64,000 bases of DNA from Marsupella aquatica (lineage: Eukaryota; Plantae; Marchantiophyta), in assembly GCA_973895155.1 (NCBI GenBank), contig OZ316891.1:6999808-7063807 (forward strand). The letters are read 5' to 3'. Positions 24,243 to 36,961 of this stretch are shown piece by piece (position 1 is the first letter of the stretch; each line of letters opens with the position of its first letter). A model generated the notes under the pieces. That model was not told the origin of the DNA. It saw nothing but the letters and a program-made list of their open reading frames with translations, and searched no databases. The position numbers and the translations under genes were made by a program.

Positions 24243-27200
24243 TTTAGACTCGATTAGAGTCGCCGCGCATCGATGGACCAAGAGGGGGTTGCCTGGACCA
24301 GGGGGGGTTGCCTGGACCAGAGCGGGGTTAGGGCCGTAACTTTTAGCCCCTTATGCCACAATTTGCGCTCGAGGCCAAGTTACAGAAGGTTTTCAATTAT
24401 CTTCGTTTCGAGCTAAGTGGCGGGGCCCACGGACCCTCGGGTAGGGGGCCAAAGATAGGGGACCAAAGCTGGTCCGGGGGTGGCAGGTCCCCAGAAGCAT
24501 ATATGAGGGGAGTGGTCCTTTCAAGTTTGAGCTCGAGCTGATCGCGATCAACGAAGATACGTCGTTTCGAGTTTTGAAGCGAAAACAAACATAACTCGAC
24601 GACCGGATCTCCGTTGGGGGAGTTCTTGGGCTCGTTGGAAAGCTAATGAAGAAATCTACCTCATGGTGCTCTCTGATTGTGCATTGGATGATTTTGGTTT
24701 TGAGGCTTGCAATGGGGGGAGTCCCTCTTGCCGATCCGAAGTCGAACAGTGACCAAACCGCATTTGGTTCCCATGGGGACCTGATGTTGGAGAGGTAGAA
24801 CCAAGTAGACTCTGGGGGCTGCCATTGAGATCTGGTCCCGATGCATGGTGAGAGGTTGAGCGGAACCCAGTTTCGCAAAGAGGTGGCTAAGATCTAGAAA
24901 TTGAATGGTCCCGGCGTGTTACTACTAGTTTGTGACAAACTGAGTTTGGGCCATGGGCATGTCCTGGAGGCAGGGCGGTCAGCCATTGACGGGTAGAAAG
25001 TGGGGAAGCTTGGGCGACATCCGGTAGATAGACTGTTCTGGACGAACAGTGATGTCGACCTTAGTTTCAGCTTATGGCAAGGCCATGCGGGCCTGGGAGG
25101 CTCTATCCGTTGACCTACTTACTAACGACTGTTGAGCTTGAGGCAAGACAAGGGTCTTGGGAGTTCTGAGATCAAGACAAGTTCTTACCGGTTGGTTGGT
25201 TGCTTGTGCAGATAGCAAAGACCGTTGAGCGACGGTTGTGCTGACGAGGGCAAGTGCGGCTTCGTATGGGAGGGTCGCTGACGACAAGGAGTATAGTCGG
25301 GGAGAACTTGCCCCAACATTCCGTGTTAGTGCAAGGTTCGACTTGTTTCAAGGCTGAGAAACGAGTTTGGATGGGCACGTGGTGGGAGGGCCACCACTCT
25401 TTGCTAGCACCAGTTCAGAGAACATCTCAATGACAGGTGTTTGGCATATTGGCAAAGTTCTCATTGGAACTTTTCTAGCACCAAGTTTAGGGCACATGGG
25501 TGTAAGGCATATGGGACGTGCAAGGTTCACTTTGGTTGTGCTTTGCTGGTACTGAAGACTGAGCTCTTATGTGTGAACTTTCATTGGCGTGTCATGGCTC
25601 TCTTTCATGGGCATGTGGAAGTGCAAACTTCTTAGAAGAACTAGGATTCAGGGTTTGTTTAGTGGCAAAAATTAGCTAGCTAGATTCCAGCTCTCTGAAA
25701 GTCTTAACCACTTTTGGCAAAATTTGGCTAGCTTTTCTGTCTACCATTAGCAAGTTTCCCACCTGGCCATAGGCCCATTAGCAAAAATGTAATGGTGTTA
25801 AGTCTAGGGATACCTGACACTCAGAATTTACAATAGGAAAATTAGATAAGGAATATTCCTAGCATCTTCTCCCTTCACACAATGTTACCTTTGCCACAAT
25901 GAATGGCAAAAGTAAAAACCTTAAAAATTACGCTACTTAGAGCGGCTACTGATCTTGGACCTAAAGTTGTTCAAGGCAATGTTTACTTGTTTTTATGCTT
26001 GTAAAAAGCATAACAAGGTTTTTGTGACCTAAGAATTCAAGCTTTGCTGAGTGATCATACTTAATAATTCTGTCAAGTCTGGAATTGCCTACTTAATTCC
26101 AAATTTCAATTCACTGTTTGCCTGATTGTGGAGGAGCCTGCCTTGGACATTATTGATTGATGCTTTTGTGGGTCATGCCAGTCATTCGATGCTTGCTTCC
26201 TACGGTGTACAGAAGATAAATGTGTATGTCTTCACATATTTTCAAATACTTTCCTAGTGTGAGCAGAATTTAGTGATTTCTGGTCCATCCCATAGCTCTG
26301 GTTATGGAACTCAGTTAGGGTGGGCCAATGCTGTGTCAATTACCCACCCTCTACGGCAGGAGTTAGAGCCTCACCCTAGTCTCATAGCATATATCTCTTT
26401 TATTTATTTTTCAATGGGCGCATGTAGTGCCATTACATCAGGCCCAAGCCCACCTGCGTGCAACCGCCACTTTCTGGATTTTTGGACTTCTGAATTTATG
26501 GATCCACACATAAATTTACAGAAAAGTTGTTCAAGTTATTGGTCAAGTGTTGCGGAGCGTGCTTTTGGAAAGTAGCCCAAGATCAACTCAAACAAATTTT
26601 ATGAGAGGTTTCAATTTTTTATGAGAGGCCTAAATGAATTGCTGCCATCTTCTATTCTGCTGCACTGCTTCAACTTAGGTGTCGCAACTGTAACAATGAA
26701 TTGCTGCAGCGTTTTAAGTGAAGCGACTTTTACAGTGAATTGCTGTAAAGTTGTTGATGCTTATCAAGTTTACAGGACGTCCGGTTACCACTCTATTGAC
26801 CACTCAATCTGTCAGGTGTTATTAGCACCAGTTTCCGGGACAAACAAGGTTTTTGCACCGGTACAGACTGCACTTTTCGAGAGCAGACTATAGATTCGCC
26901 CAACGAAGTGAGCGAGCTAGATTGATACTCCTCATAATCAGTATCCACAAACGAAACACATTAATGAGCCAATGTCCAACTCGATCGATGAAAGCCTGGT
27001 GTATCGCAATTCAAGTGACACTGTCCGACTATGGATTTGCAAATGTAAGAGACAAGGGTACATGAGTTATGTACTGTGAAAGTAACTAAACAGCATCAAT
27101 CTTCTGAGCCAGTTCAAATGTGCGTGAACTTCGGCTTCCACCTCAGTCAGTGAAATCAACATATTTACAACAATCGAATTTGCAGTGAGATCTGCACGAA

Positions 27201-27397
27201 ACTAAAGTTTGGCAATCCTCTAGTATGGAACAACGGGATCAATTATCTCCAACATCACGACTGGAATTGACAGTTGTACTGAGTCACATCTTGAATTACC
27301 TGCAGCTGCACGACATCTTGAGCATTGAAGCTTGTCGGCACGGGACGACCAAAATTTGGAATAGTGTACCCAAATTTACGAGAGCATCGGTGGCTGT

Positions 27398-30300
27398 CTA
27401 GGATTTACAGCACCTGAATTTTGCAAAGACATATGGATATTGTTTCTGATAGTAGTTTCTGAACGAGTCCCTCAGCATCGACGGATGTGTGACAGGCGAG
27501 GATCCTTTCAGAACAAAGTGATTGCCATCAAAGAAATCCGTTGAGTACTCTGGATACTCTGGCATAGCCTCAAATCCCGGGAAGGGCATGAAGGGAGTGC
27601 TCGTCCACTCCCACCCGCCCGTGCGCATCTGTTCCACTGTTGCCTCATGTTTGTCCACATCCAGAATTCGGTGGTACTCAGCTTCTGTCATGATCCGAGC
27701 TCCCACCCATCGACAGAAGGCCTGAGCTTCTGAGAAGCTCACAAACACAGGCTTGAATTTCACTTTAGACCAGTGATGAGTGGACTGAAACTCATGCACA
27801 TAGAACTCCCCTCCTACGAGAGACCAAGTTGCTGGGAACTTGACACCCTTCTCCTTGATGTGCTTGAAGTCGTCAGCATCCCACAAACTCGGGTTGTCAT
27901 ATCCACCTTCCAGAAGAAACCTGTAAAACTCTCCGATTGAGATGGGATTCGAACTCACAAAGAAAGCACTCTCAACTTTGGTATGAAACTGGGGATATTC
28001 GTTGTCCCACAAAAATCCACTCTTGGTTGCATCAGCACCAAGAACCACCTCTTCAGGTTCAATGGCGATCATCTTCGACTTGGATAGGAATCTCAGTATA
28101 GACATCGTAGTGAGGGGCTCCTCTCTCGAGGTAGAAAGGTTATTACTTTGCCAGCTTTGTGTCATGGTTCTCTCGAAGGTAGCTTTCCTCTCCTGTGCCA
28201 TCATGTAAATCAAAGTTTCCTGATGCATGCGCTCATGCTCGAGAATAAATGTCACAAGTTTAGACTTCCCCATCTTCATGTCAGTTGCGAGAGACTGAAG
28301 CACTCTCTCTCGGTTGGCCCTCACATAAGCCACGATTTCCTTCTTCGTTGGCCACTCAGCTGGGATCTCTGGGTGCTCGTGGCACTGAGCGGGATTCAAG
28401 ACACCCGGATCGATGCCTCTCGAGAACATGGAGTCGAGCCCTGATGCAGGCTCGTCAGGGAACATCTTCAGCTTCATGAAGGAACTCACATGACCACTGC
28501 ACTCGCAAAAGGAGGAGCAAACCAACGATATTAGGCTAATTGCACAGGGTGAATCTGGCCAACACCAATCCTATTCAATTGAGAGTACTTTCACATAACC
28601 CCAACTACTTAATAATCTCGAATTTCCTTTCCAAAAGCTGAATGTGGACACTTAAGTGACTGATGAAGATGGGAATAGATGAGATCACAGAGTTAAATTG
28701 GAACGGGATACTTCAATGCAAATTCACTTACTAGTAAAAGCAGAAAGGATGTCGCAGGTCGATGGGTTTGACTGCCCAGTTTGATAATCCCTGAAACAGA
28801 GTGTCTGTTTCTTGCCAGCATTGAACGAGAGCTTCCACATCAGAGAGTAACATTTGGCTACCGTACTTCTCGTTGCGCCAAGCTTTCAGCACGTGAAGAC
28901 CTGACTCCTGGGCCATGTACTGGATATCTTCCACAGTGAACTTTCTGGATATTTCCATCAACACCCTCTCTCCAGGGCTGTGGTTTCCGCCAGAGGAAAT
29001 TTTGTCAGTAGGTCGCACAAATCGTGATTAAATTGCATTCTGTCAGAATTGTGCAAGCAAAGTCGGCTAAAATTCGTACACCAGCGATCAAAGTTGGAGA
29101 CTCGGGAAAGGAAGACTCGATACGTTCACAAAAGTTAGCCTGAATGGGTGATGCATTTTGTTCTTTGTGAATTTTCCACGCACAGGCGGGCTCAAAGTGG
29201 CTCGATGGAAACGAAAACGTGATGCCATCAACTGAAAAAAGAGCAGAGCTGAAAAGCTAGAATTCGAAAAGCCAGCCTCACCTGATGTTGACGTGGTGTT
29301 GAAAGCTGAGGCCTCGTGGGAATCTAAGATACATCTCCACAAATCTGTCCTTGCTGTTGATCTCCACTTCATATACCCAGGAGTTCTCCTCCTCCTCCGA
29401 AGCCACGTACCCCAATATCTGAAGCGCATTTCTCATCCCGTTCTTGATGAACTTCTCCGTAACCCCTTCCCTGTCGTGATATGCTGCGTACATAGTAGCC
29501 GTTTTCTTCCACATATCTACATATCAATAATCCATAGTAAGGATCTCTAGTTAGTAACATCAAGGCCTGTGATAAAGGAATCTTGTGGTACCTCAAGTTG
29601 ACAGTATATTAAGTCGTGGACACGAAAGAGCAATGAAACCCAACTTCCATGTTTGACCTTGTCTTTAAGATTGTCAATAGCTTTCAACTCGGATCCTATG
29701 TGAATCACTACTTTTTCACGTGTTCGTATCCAATGGAGCCTTTTTACCTTCAAATTGTAGCGCATATCAAGCTACTGATCGAAATACAATGGACTTATCC
29801 ATAAGCGTCAGAAGGCAAAGATTTTCGCAATGACTGCCTTGAAATCGTCAACATTGGACTAAGTAGTACCACTTACACAAAAACTATAGATCAGGTTTGT
29901 AATCTATCCACTGACAATTGTGAAACCCGACATCGGAAACGGAGCTCACAGACGTGTAAGACTGAGATTGACTTTGACTTCGCCGTATTAACTCGAATGG
30001 TTATCAATTAAGTGCACGCAAGCATTTTGTGGGGGCTGGGCATTGGTTGGACACTACGATCTCGTGGAAAACTTTAGACGACATGAAACAGACAGAGGAT
30101 AGGAGACCCACCAGCAGCAACGAAGATGCGGCACCGGTAATCGACAGCATTCACCACAGCTTTGAAGAACGAGATGGCCTCGTCCGCTCGCAAATTACCC
30201 ACACTGCTGCCCAGCCAAAGCAAGCAAAGGAGATCGTCGGGATACTTCTCCCTCACTTGTCTCAGACCATCTAGGTAGTCCCCCTCCACCATATCCACGC

Positions 30301-31537
30301 TGAGCTGCCCCTCCACTTGAAGCATCAGGTTGCAGGCTGCCTCCTCCAGGAATGACGACGATACATCGATACCCACGAATCGACATCTACAACAAATCAT
30401 GGCAGGCAGCTTTATCCTTAGCAAAGCAAGTTGGCTCGGTTAGGAACATCCCGAAGAAATGGAATGGCCATATTTAGGTGCACATACCACTAACAATTGA
30501 TTTCATTTCAAGGCTGCATTAAACATGCGTCTCTTCAATCAACATGATTATAATTACCCTGATCTTCAAATCTACCTACCTCATGTGGGAACAAGGCTAC
30601 CTCTCACATTTCCAATCACCACAATTATAATGGTCACGTACAAACGTCAAATGTAATTAGTAATTGCAGTTGGTAAGTTCATCGGCTTTCCAATTAAGCG
30701 TATTTCAGCTTTCATCGCTTGAATATGCGTATCTCAGAGACACATGTACGGCACAATCTCACATGTAGGACTCACAGATTCATCGGCTCCATGTCTCAGA
30801 AGAAACCTTCAATTAATCGTCTTCGATTCAAGCTCAGCGACAGTTTCACCGCAAACATCTACTCTACTCCTGTTACAACTGATATCATTCTCCGTTGTCT
30901 AAGTGATCGTAGTTCTACAGATAAACCCTACACTCTGGTCCGAAAGCAAAATGAGAATGAGGGGGTCATACAGCCGGGGGGAAGGAACGCCATTGTTCCA
31001 TGCAACGCGATTCTAAATAAAGATTTACGAGGCAAGAGTTCAAGATAGGTTCCAGAGAAGACTCTAACATACAATTGTGAAGAAAGTCTCTCACCTTCCC
31101 TGACGTGCAATGACGGCACTAAGAAGTCGAGCAGTTTTCTTCGCAGAGCCACAGCCGAGCTCCACCAGCACACTACCTTCTGGAATGTAAGAGGCTATAT
31201 TGTCAACGTGCTCATCAAACATGTCATCCTCGGCCTTGAAGGGGTAGTACTCCTCAAGCCGAGTAATGGCTTCGTAGAGTTCCGAACCTTTGTCGTCGTA
31301 CAAAAAACGGGCTGGAAGCTCCTTGGCATCGAATTCCTTTTTTAATCCTTTCAGGATAAGCCCTTCCGGATCCAAGTCAGATAAGTCGGATTCGGATCCT
31401 TGTGGGTCCCTCTGGTACGCTTCATCGGCAGTCCACTGCAGCTGGTCATTGAAATCCTTTGTCGCAGCAGACAAGCGCCTCGGAGAAAGCTCGACAGCAG
31501 TACTGGCAGGCATGATTCCTGCAAGTGATATCGACAT
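27398..31537 (-). CDS. EGT1: Ergothioneine biosynthesis protein 1 (Egt1-type): N-terminal histidine SAM-dependent methyltransferase (EgtD) fused to DinB + FGE-sulfatase sulfoxide synthase (EgtB-like), 765 aa
   Basis: GT-AG exons 31537-31095, 30386-30112, 29516-29282, 28977-28732, 28496-27398 join in frame (2298 nt). EgtD motifs KELPARFLYDDKGSELYEAITRLEEYY, LVELGCGSAKKT, WLGSSVGN, AAYHDREGVT, VEMYL, MEISRKF; EgtB motifs LRHPFCFYYGH, FSRGIDP..NP.QCH.H.EIP.EWP, HERMHQETL (Fe-binding HxxxHxE), FLWDNEYP, GGWEWTST, FPGFEAMPEYPEYSTDFFDGNH. Confidence 0.93.
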
Positions 31538-31799
31538 CAGTGAGAACAAGCTTTAGTCAACCTTCAAGAGTAAGGTTCTTAAATACTTAGCCAAGTAGCT
31601 GCTTGACTCGGAGTTTTTGACCTCATGATTCATTTCTTGATCCAGCAAAATGAAAGTAACAAGGCCGGCTCCTAACAGCACCGGAAGCTCATACACACTG
31701 ATGCCGAATGGAGGCAGATGAATTCGATACTACATTGAACATGTCAGGTTCCGGGTTCAGCTCACAGTCAAATCTGTAACTCTTTAGAGTTCCCTTGTC

Positions 31800-31813
31800 A
31801 GGGTTTAGGGTTT
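31800..31813 (-). promoter_or_regulatory. Telo-box-like motif upstream of EGT1
   Basis: agggtttagggttt (AAACCCTAAACCCT on the minus strand), ~270 bp 5' of the ATG. Confidence 0.3.
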
Positions 31814-31852
31814 ACGTGTCGATGCATAGCATAGCTTAGGTGGGAAAGTGAA

Positions 31853-32070
31853 GAGCTCATGAAGCCCACATAAGGTGGATAGAGCTCTGACCACTTAATA
31901 AAACAAGAAGACTTCTAATCCAAATTGATTCTAGAGCTCATCTAGATGAACAAATTAGTTGAAACAGTGAACAGCTCATGAAGTCCACGTAAGGTGGAAA
32001 ATTCTGGATAGAGAGCTGACCACGTAAGAGAACAAGAAGACTTCTAACCCAAATCGATTCTAGAGCTCAA
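31853..32070. repeat. Imperfect ~120-bp direct duplication upstream of EGT1
   Basis: agctcatgaag.ccac.taaggtgga...gctgaccac.taa...aacaagaagacttctaa.ccaaat.gattctagagctca twice. Confidence 0.8.
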
Positions 32071-34723
32071 CAAGATTAAATAATTTCATACCCGAGAGGA
32101 TAGTATTCCCTGCTGTAGGTAGTGAGTCCGTCGACGATTAAGAATATTCACCCCTCGAAAACAATCTAGAGTTCTACTTATACAGTCTGCCGTGCGATCA
32201 AGCTGGGAGGGGAGTTCAATTGTCCTCTATTGCGCTGTCAAAGGTCTTGAGACATACGAATTGCAGGGCAAGCTCGGGGAGGCGGCAGGCATAGCATGCA
32301 TGAAGGCCAGTGAGTGTGAGTTGATATACGTTGATTCTACAATCTTACTCCACGTTTATATACGCAATCACACGCGAGCCACACTCTCGATCACTGACTC
32401 TTGGTCATACAGCTACGTACTGCATTAACAAACTCTAATCATCGCCTATTGGTCTCGTCGATTAGTGAACCTACCTGCCCCCGCAGACTGCAGGGACGTT
32501 GCAGTAAAGTGAAGGGTCTCGGAATAAGCTATGGCAGCGTCCTGGAATTTTCTCCGTTACTGCGATTTGCTACTGTTCGAATTATATCGGACCAGAGACC
32601 TGAGCAACCTTAACTAGTCTTTTAAAAATCCAGAGACTACGGCATACAAGCTAGACAAATGTACAACTAAACGCCAAATCCTTCACGGTGATGAGGTAAG
32701 ATATGTGATGACTCCAAATGCAAAAACTAAACGCCAAATTCATTATGATGAGGTAAGATACTTGATGACCTCAGGTTCGTAAACACCTTCCTCGCTGAAT
32801 TTCAGGCTGTATGAACTAGTCAGGACTCTGTCGACCGTGAACATTTTCTTATCTTTACAACGCGTGCGGATTGCATTGAGACTAATTTGAGAATTGAGAC
32901 CGATCGACGACCTCAAAGTGTGCGGAGGAGCTCGACGGACTGAAAGTGCATACGCACCCCGTCACAAAGGATGACATAGAGTCTGCAGACGGCCCTACAC
33001 GTGCGCCTCAGGAGAAAGTTCGCGGAAGACCGAAAGTTGCGTGTAGGAATGAAAAGGTGCGTGAAGACGGCGCATGCATCGGGGCTACAGTTGTGGTACT
33101 TTTGCATTCGACACTGAAATAGTACTTTGATCGAGCGTCGCTAATTAGCAAATTCTACGTGGTTTAAACATGACAAATGCAGCTTTTACATGTATTCTCT
33201 GAGTTCGTTGAGTTGGTTGCGTTCGTTGCCGACGTGAAGAATAACCTAAATTACGAAAGAACTGCTGTACAAAAGATATTTCTTCCACTGGGAATTACAG
33301 TAATCGTGCTGTACCTAAAGGTGCTTACGCGTCGACCTCCTCCACTCGAGCACTCGAGAGGGGACCCTGCGCACGAAGCATTCTTCCTTGCATTGTTCAT
33401 TGCATTCAACTTTCGCAAGTGCTAAAACGCATATAAATTTTTCTTGCACTGCAAGTGATACCCCTCAATTTCACAACGAACACATACAGAGTGTCGAATG
33501 CGGATTCTTCGCGAGATTCTTCAAACCCAACTTTCAATTGCAGGTCTACATCGAACTGGCATTTCAAATTCGTAGTTTCTCAAGAAATTACTCCGGAAGG
33601 GGCATAAGGAAAAAGAAGTACCTGGCTAGCTTCGCTGCTAACCTTTGCTCGGCAAGAATTGAAGCAACAAAGTGGAGAGAAGCATTTACAGCGCCATTGA
33701 CTGCAGCTGGCCAAGACTTACTAGGATCTGATGACAATCGACCACAAAGTTCCACTAAAACCTCCTTTATGCCACTCGAACCCGCCCGAAACACACAACA
33801 ACGTACGAGCTGTGCGATTGATGCTGGAACGATAAGTCAGAGCGAAACATCAGCCATTCATTCAATCCCCTCGCTTGTTCCGCGAATGATTGGATCATTC
33901 TGCATGTCCACATTCCTCACTTCAATTGCATGCGTCACCTTTCCCGACTCACCTTGAATTTGTCCTTCGCTGACTCGCCAGCTAGCAGGCTGTAACCAGA
34001 TGTCGGAAGCCCGAAAATCACCGAGAAAGAAGGGAGCAGACTGGACATCAAGCGCCATCTCCGTTCCTCCCTTACTAGCTCAGAGTAGGGAGGAGAAACG
34101 AATGAGCGACCTGGTAGCTAGGCAGTTAATAAAACGCCAATCGTATAATGCTGCTAACTGCTCCACATGCAAAGGACCACGTCGACGTGCGAGTAGGACA
34201 ACTCTCATCCGGTACTCTCCCGAAGCTTTGAACACGCCTACTTTGCTACTGTAGTGACCTTTCAGTACGAGCCATCAGCCATGTACGCAGAAGCCAAACT
34301 TGCCGGCAGCATTCATTTGAAATTGACAGCAATCCTATGAGAATGACAGAGGATATTGGACAGATATACACACGTTTCAGACCATGTCGATGACTTTGGT
34401 GACATGCAGCTACACGTGCAGCCATAATGTGTGACATTGATCATGTCTGGAAAAAATCAGACGATGTAACTGCGAGAGAAAGGCAATGCAGCACGGTCGG
34501 CTTTGGAGATTTGCAAGTGAGATTTTCGGAGAGAAATCGAGTATCACGACTCCGCACTACGGAGTACAATGTCGATAAAAACCTTACAAGTTGTTGTGTA
34601 ACTATGAATCATGAGCAATTCAGCATAGATGCCAGAAAATTGACGTGAGGTTTCCAGTTCCCGACGCAGAGTATTCCTTCTCCTGCACGGTCAGTACGGA
34701 AAATTCCTGCCCCTTATTCCTCG

Positions 34724-34850
34724 GACAACGACAGGAAGCGGGAATTAGGCCTCCACTTTCTGATGTCAGCCGAATCATGAAAATAATTTAATCAGACAAC
34801 GACAGGAAGCAGGAATTAGGCCCCCACTTTCTGATGTCAGCTGAATCATG
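34724..34850. repeat. 71-bp-period direct duplication
   Basis: gacaacgacaggaagc.ggaattaggcc.ccactttctgatgtcagc.gaatcatg at 34724 and 34795. Confidence 0.85.
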
Positions 34851-35917
34851 CAAGGAATTTCATCTAATTCCGATCTTCTGATTTGAATTCTGCCACGCAT
34901 GGTACATTTTGTGAAATTCTTGCTCCGAGCAGTCGTTACTGTCGCTGCTCTTCGTTGACTGCTATTATCCAAGTAAGAGAGCAGCTATTATCTTCCTGCT
35001 GCAATCACCTTGCTGTGAATTTCCCTCCATATAGAATCGTCATGGGAATCATCATTGTCGCTCTTCTTGTTAAAATAAAATTCAAGTTGTTCAGCGTTTG
35101 TCCATTCATCTTTCGACCCACTTCAATTTCACGCACTTTCATCATTCGGTCATCAATTTCATCGACAGTTTATCACCAAACTCGTCACCGGACTGACATG
35201 TCTGGACTGATGACTGAAATTCCGAAGCTACTGTAGGTCTAAACACTCGGCCAGCAATTGATTATTCCACAGCTCAAAACATGGAGTACTCTGACTTCTA
35301 GTAAACGTGTACACTCGCTCGCTGGACGCACTATAATGCTTCAACTAAGCACAACGCAAACATTCGTCATCTGGATCAAGTGACAAGAATGGAAGGGGAG
35401 GAGTAGAATTGAATGGACGGTTCCAGATGCAGTTGACAGAACTACAACGAAGCTATCCTCACGATTCCCAGCGACGAAATGTTTCCAAAGTTACCAAACA
35501 AACTGCATTGTTTGGTACAACAGTGTTTACAGTATCTATTGTAGGAAAAATTTATGATTACATCCCAGTAACATTCACTTTCCACCTACCCTATCGATGA
35601 GTGATTCAACCGAGAGATGGTCCAAACTGACAGAGATGATTGAAAGAATATGGTACACACAGCACAAAAGGCTCCTGCACTAACAGTCCTCTGTGATATC
35701 GCATTAGGAATATGCCCCACCATAATTATGTTGTCGACAATTATTCCTCGCTCCACTGTAGTTTCGTGTGTAGTTTCCCAGCTGGACAGCAGGACACCGA
35801 ATCCTTCTCCGATCTTGACAATCCTTTCTGTTGCCTGGAGAACTCTTTTTAGCTTTGAAACATTTCAGTGATATGATTGAGATTTGAGAGAATCGCATCC
35901 ACCGAGGGCTTCCCGCC

Positions 35918-36083
35918 AGGGAACAGCACCCCGAAGGTGAGACATGAGGACACGGTTACTCGTCGTAGAGCAGGCCGGCAGGGAACAGCACCCAGAAGGT
36001 GAGACAGGAGGACACGGTAATCGGCGTGGAGCACAGCACCCAGAAGGTGAGAGAGGAGGACACGGTTACTCCGCGTGGAGCAG
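35918..36083. repeat. Three ~55-60 bp tandem units
   Basis: acagcacc.agaaggtgaga.a.gaggacacggt.a.tc..cgt.gagca x3. Confidence 0.85.
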
Positions 36084-36961
36084 TGCTGTGAACTCGAAGT
36101 TGTCTCATTCTACTTGTGACTTACCCTGACATGAAGCGAAGCACATCCCGAAACCCTTCTGGCAGTTTCAACCCCTATTCGAATCTTGAGTAAGTTAACT
36201 GAGAGACTACGCTCAACTCACCAATAGCACCACATTACTGACAACTCTAATAATTTGACAAAGTCGAGAGTAATCGAAACTTGGCCATATATATTACTCA
36301 CAACTGTAACAATTGACGGAGTCGTGAGACACTTGAGGACCCTTCATTCCTTCAATGTACTTGAAGCGTGTGTGAGCGGAGGACTCGAACATTACTTGAA
36401 CATCACTGGAGAACTCGTAAACGGCACTTCACCCCACCAAGCTTCAGGCAGTGCCAGCAACGTTTCTCAGAAAAAGGTCTGGTCTCATAAGAGGGTAAGT
36501 GGTAAGCCTGACTGGTTTGTTAAATGTAATTGACTCAGGATTGTCGAATGTGATTGGACCATGGAGTCAGTGATACTTGTGAGATAGCTTCTGAATTCAG
36601 CCACGAAATAAATACGTAGCTCAAGGAAATGCCTCCCCGGGCAACCATGTGCTTACAGAAATTCGTACACCCCAAATTGAAAGTGTTCGAATGTTTGCTA
36701 ATGCAATCCGAACTGCTAAAGCCAGGGTACTTCAAGTTTTGATGGCTTATCGCAGCAACGCCTAGTGGAGAATCCTGACAGTGCAATCCTCTGCCGGAAG
36801 AGTGTAGATTGACAATGCTCAAGAGCTCCACTGACACAATATTTTCGCTGGCTTGAAAATTTTGAGAACTGAGTGGGAGGCGGAACAACCACCCCGCCTA
36901 AGCCTACCGGACCAAGAAGTGGAGCTGCAATCCGGGAAGACAACATCAGTCTTCGTTACTC

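Noticed and set aside
32900-36900. Search for an Egt2/EgtE C-S lyase next to EGT1
   Set aside because: No PLP-enzyme motifs in any frame; only short, non-coding-like ORFs.
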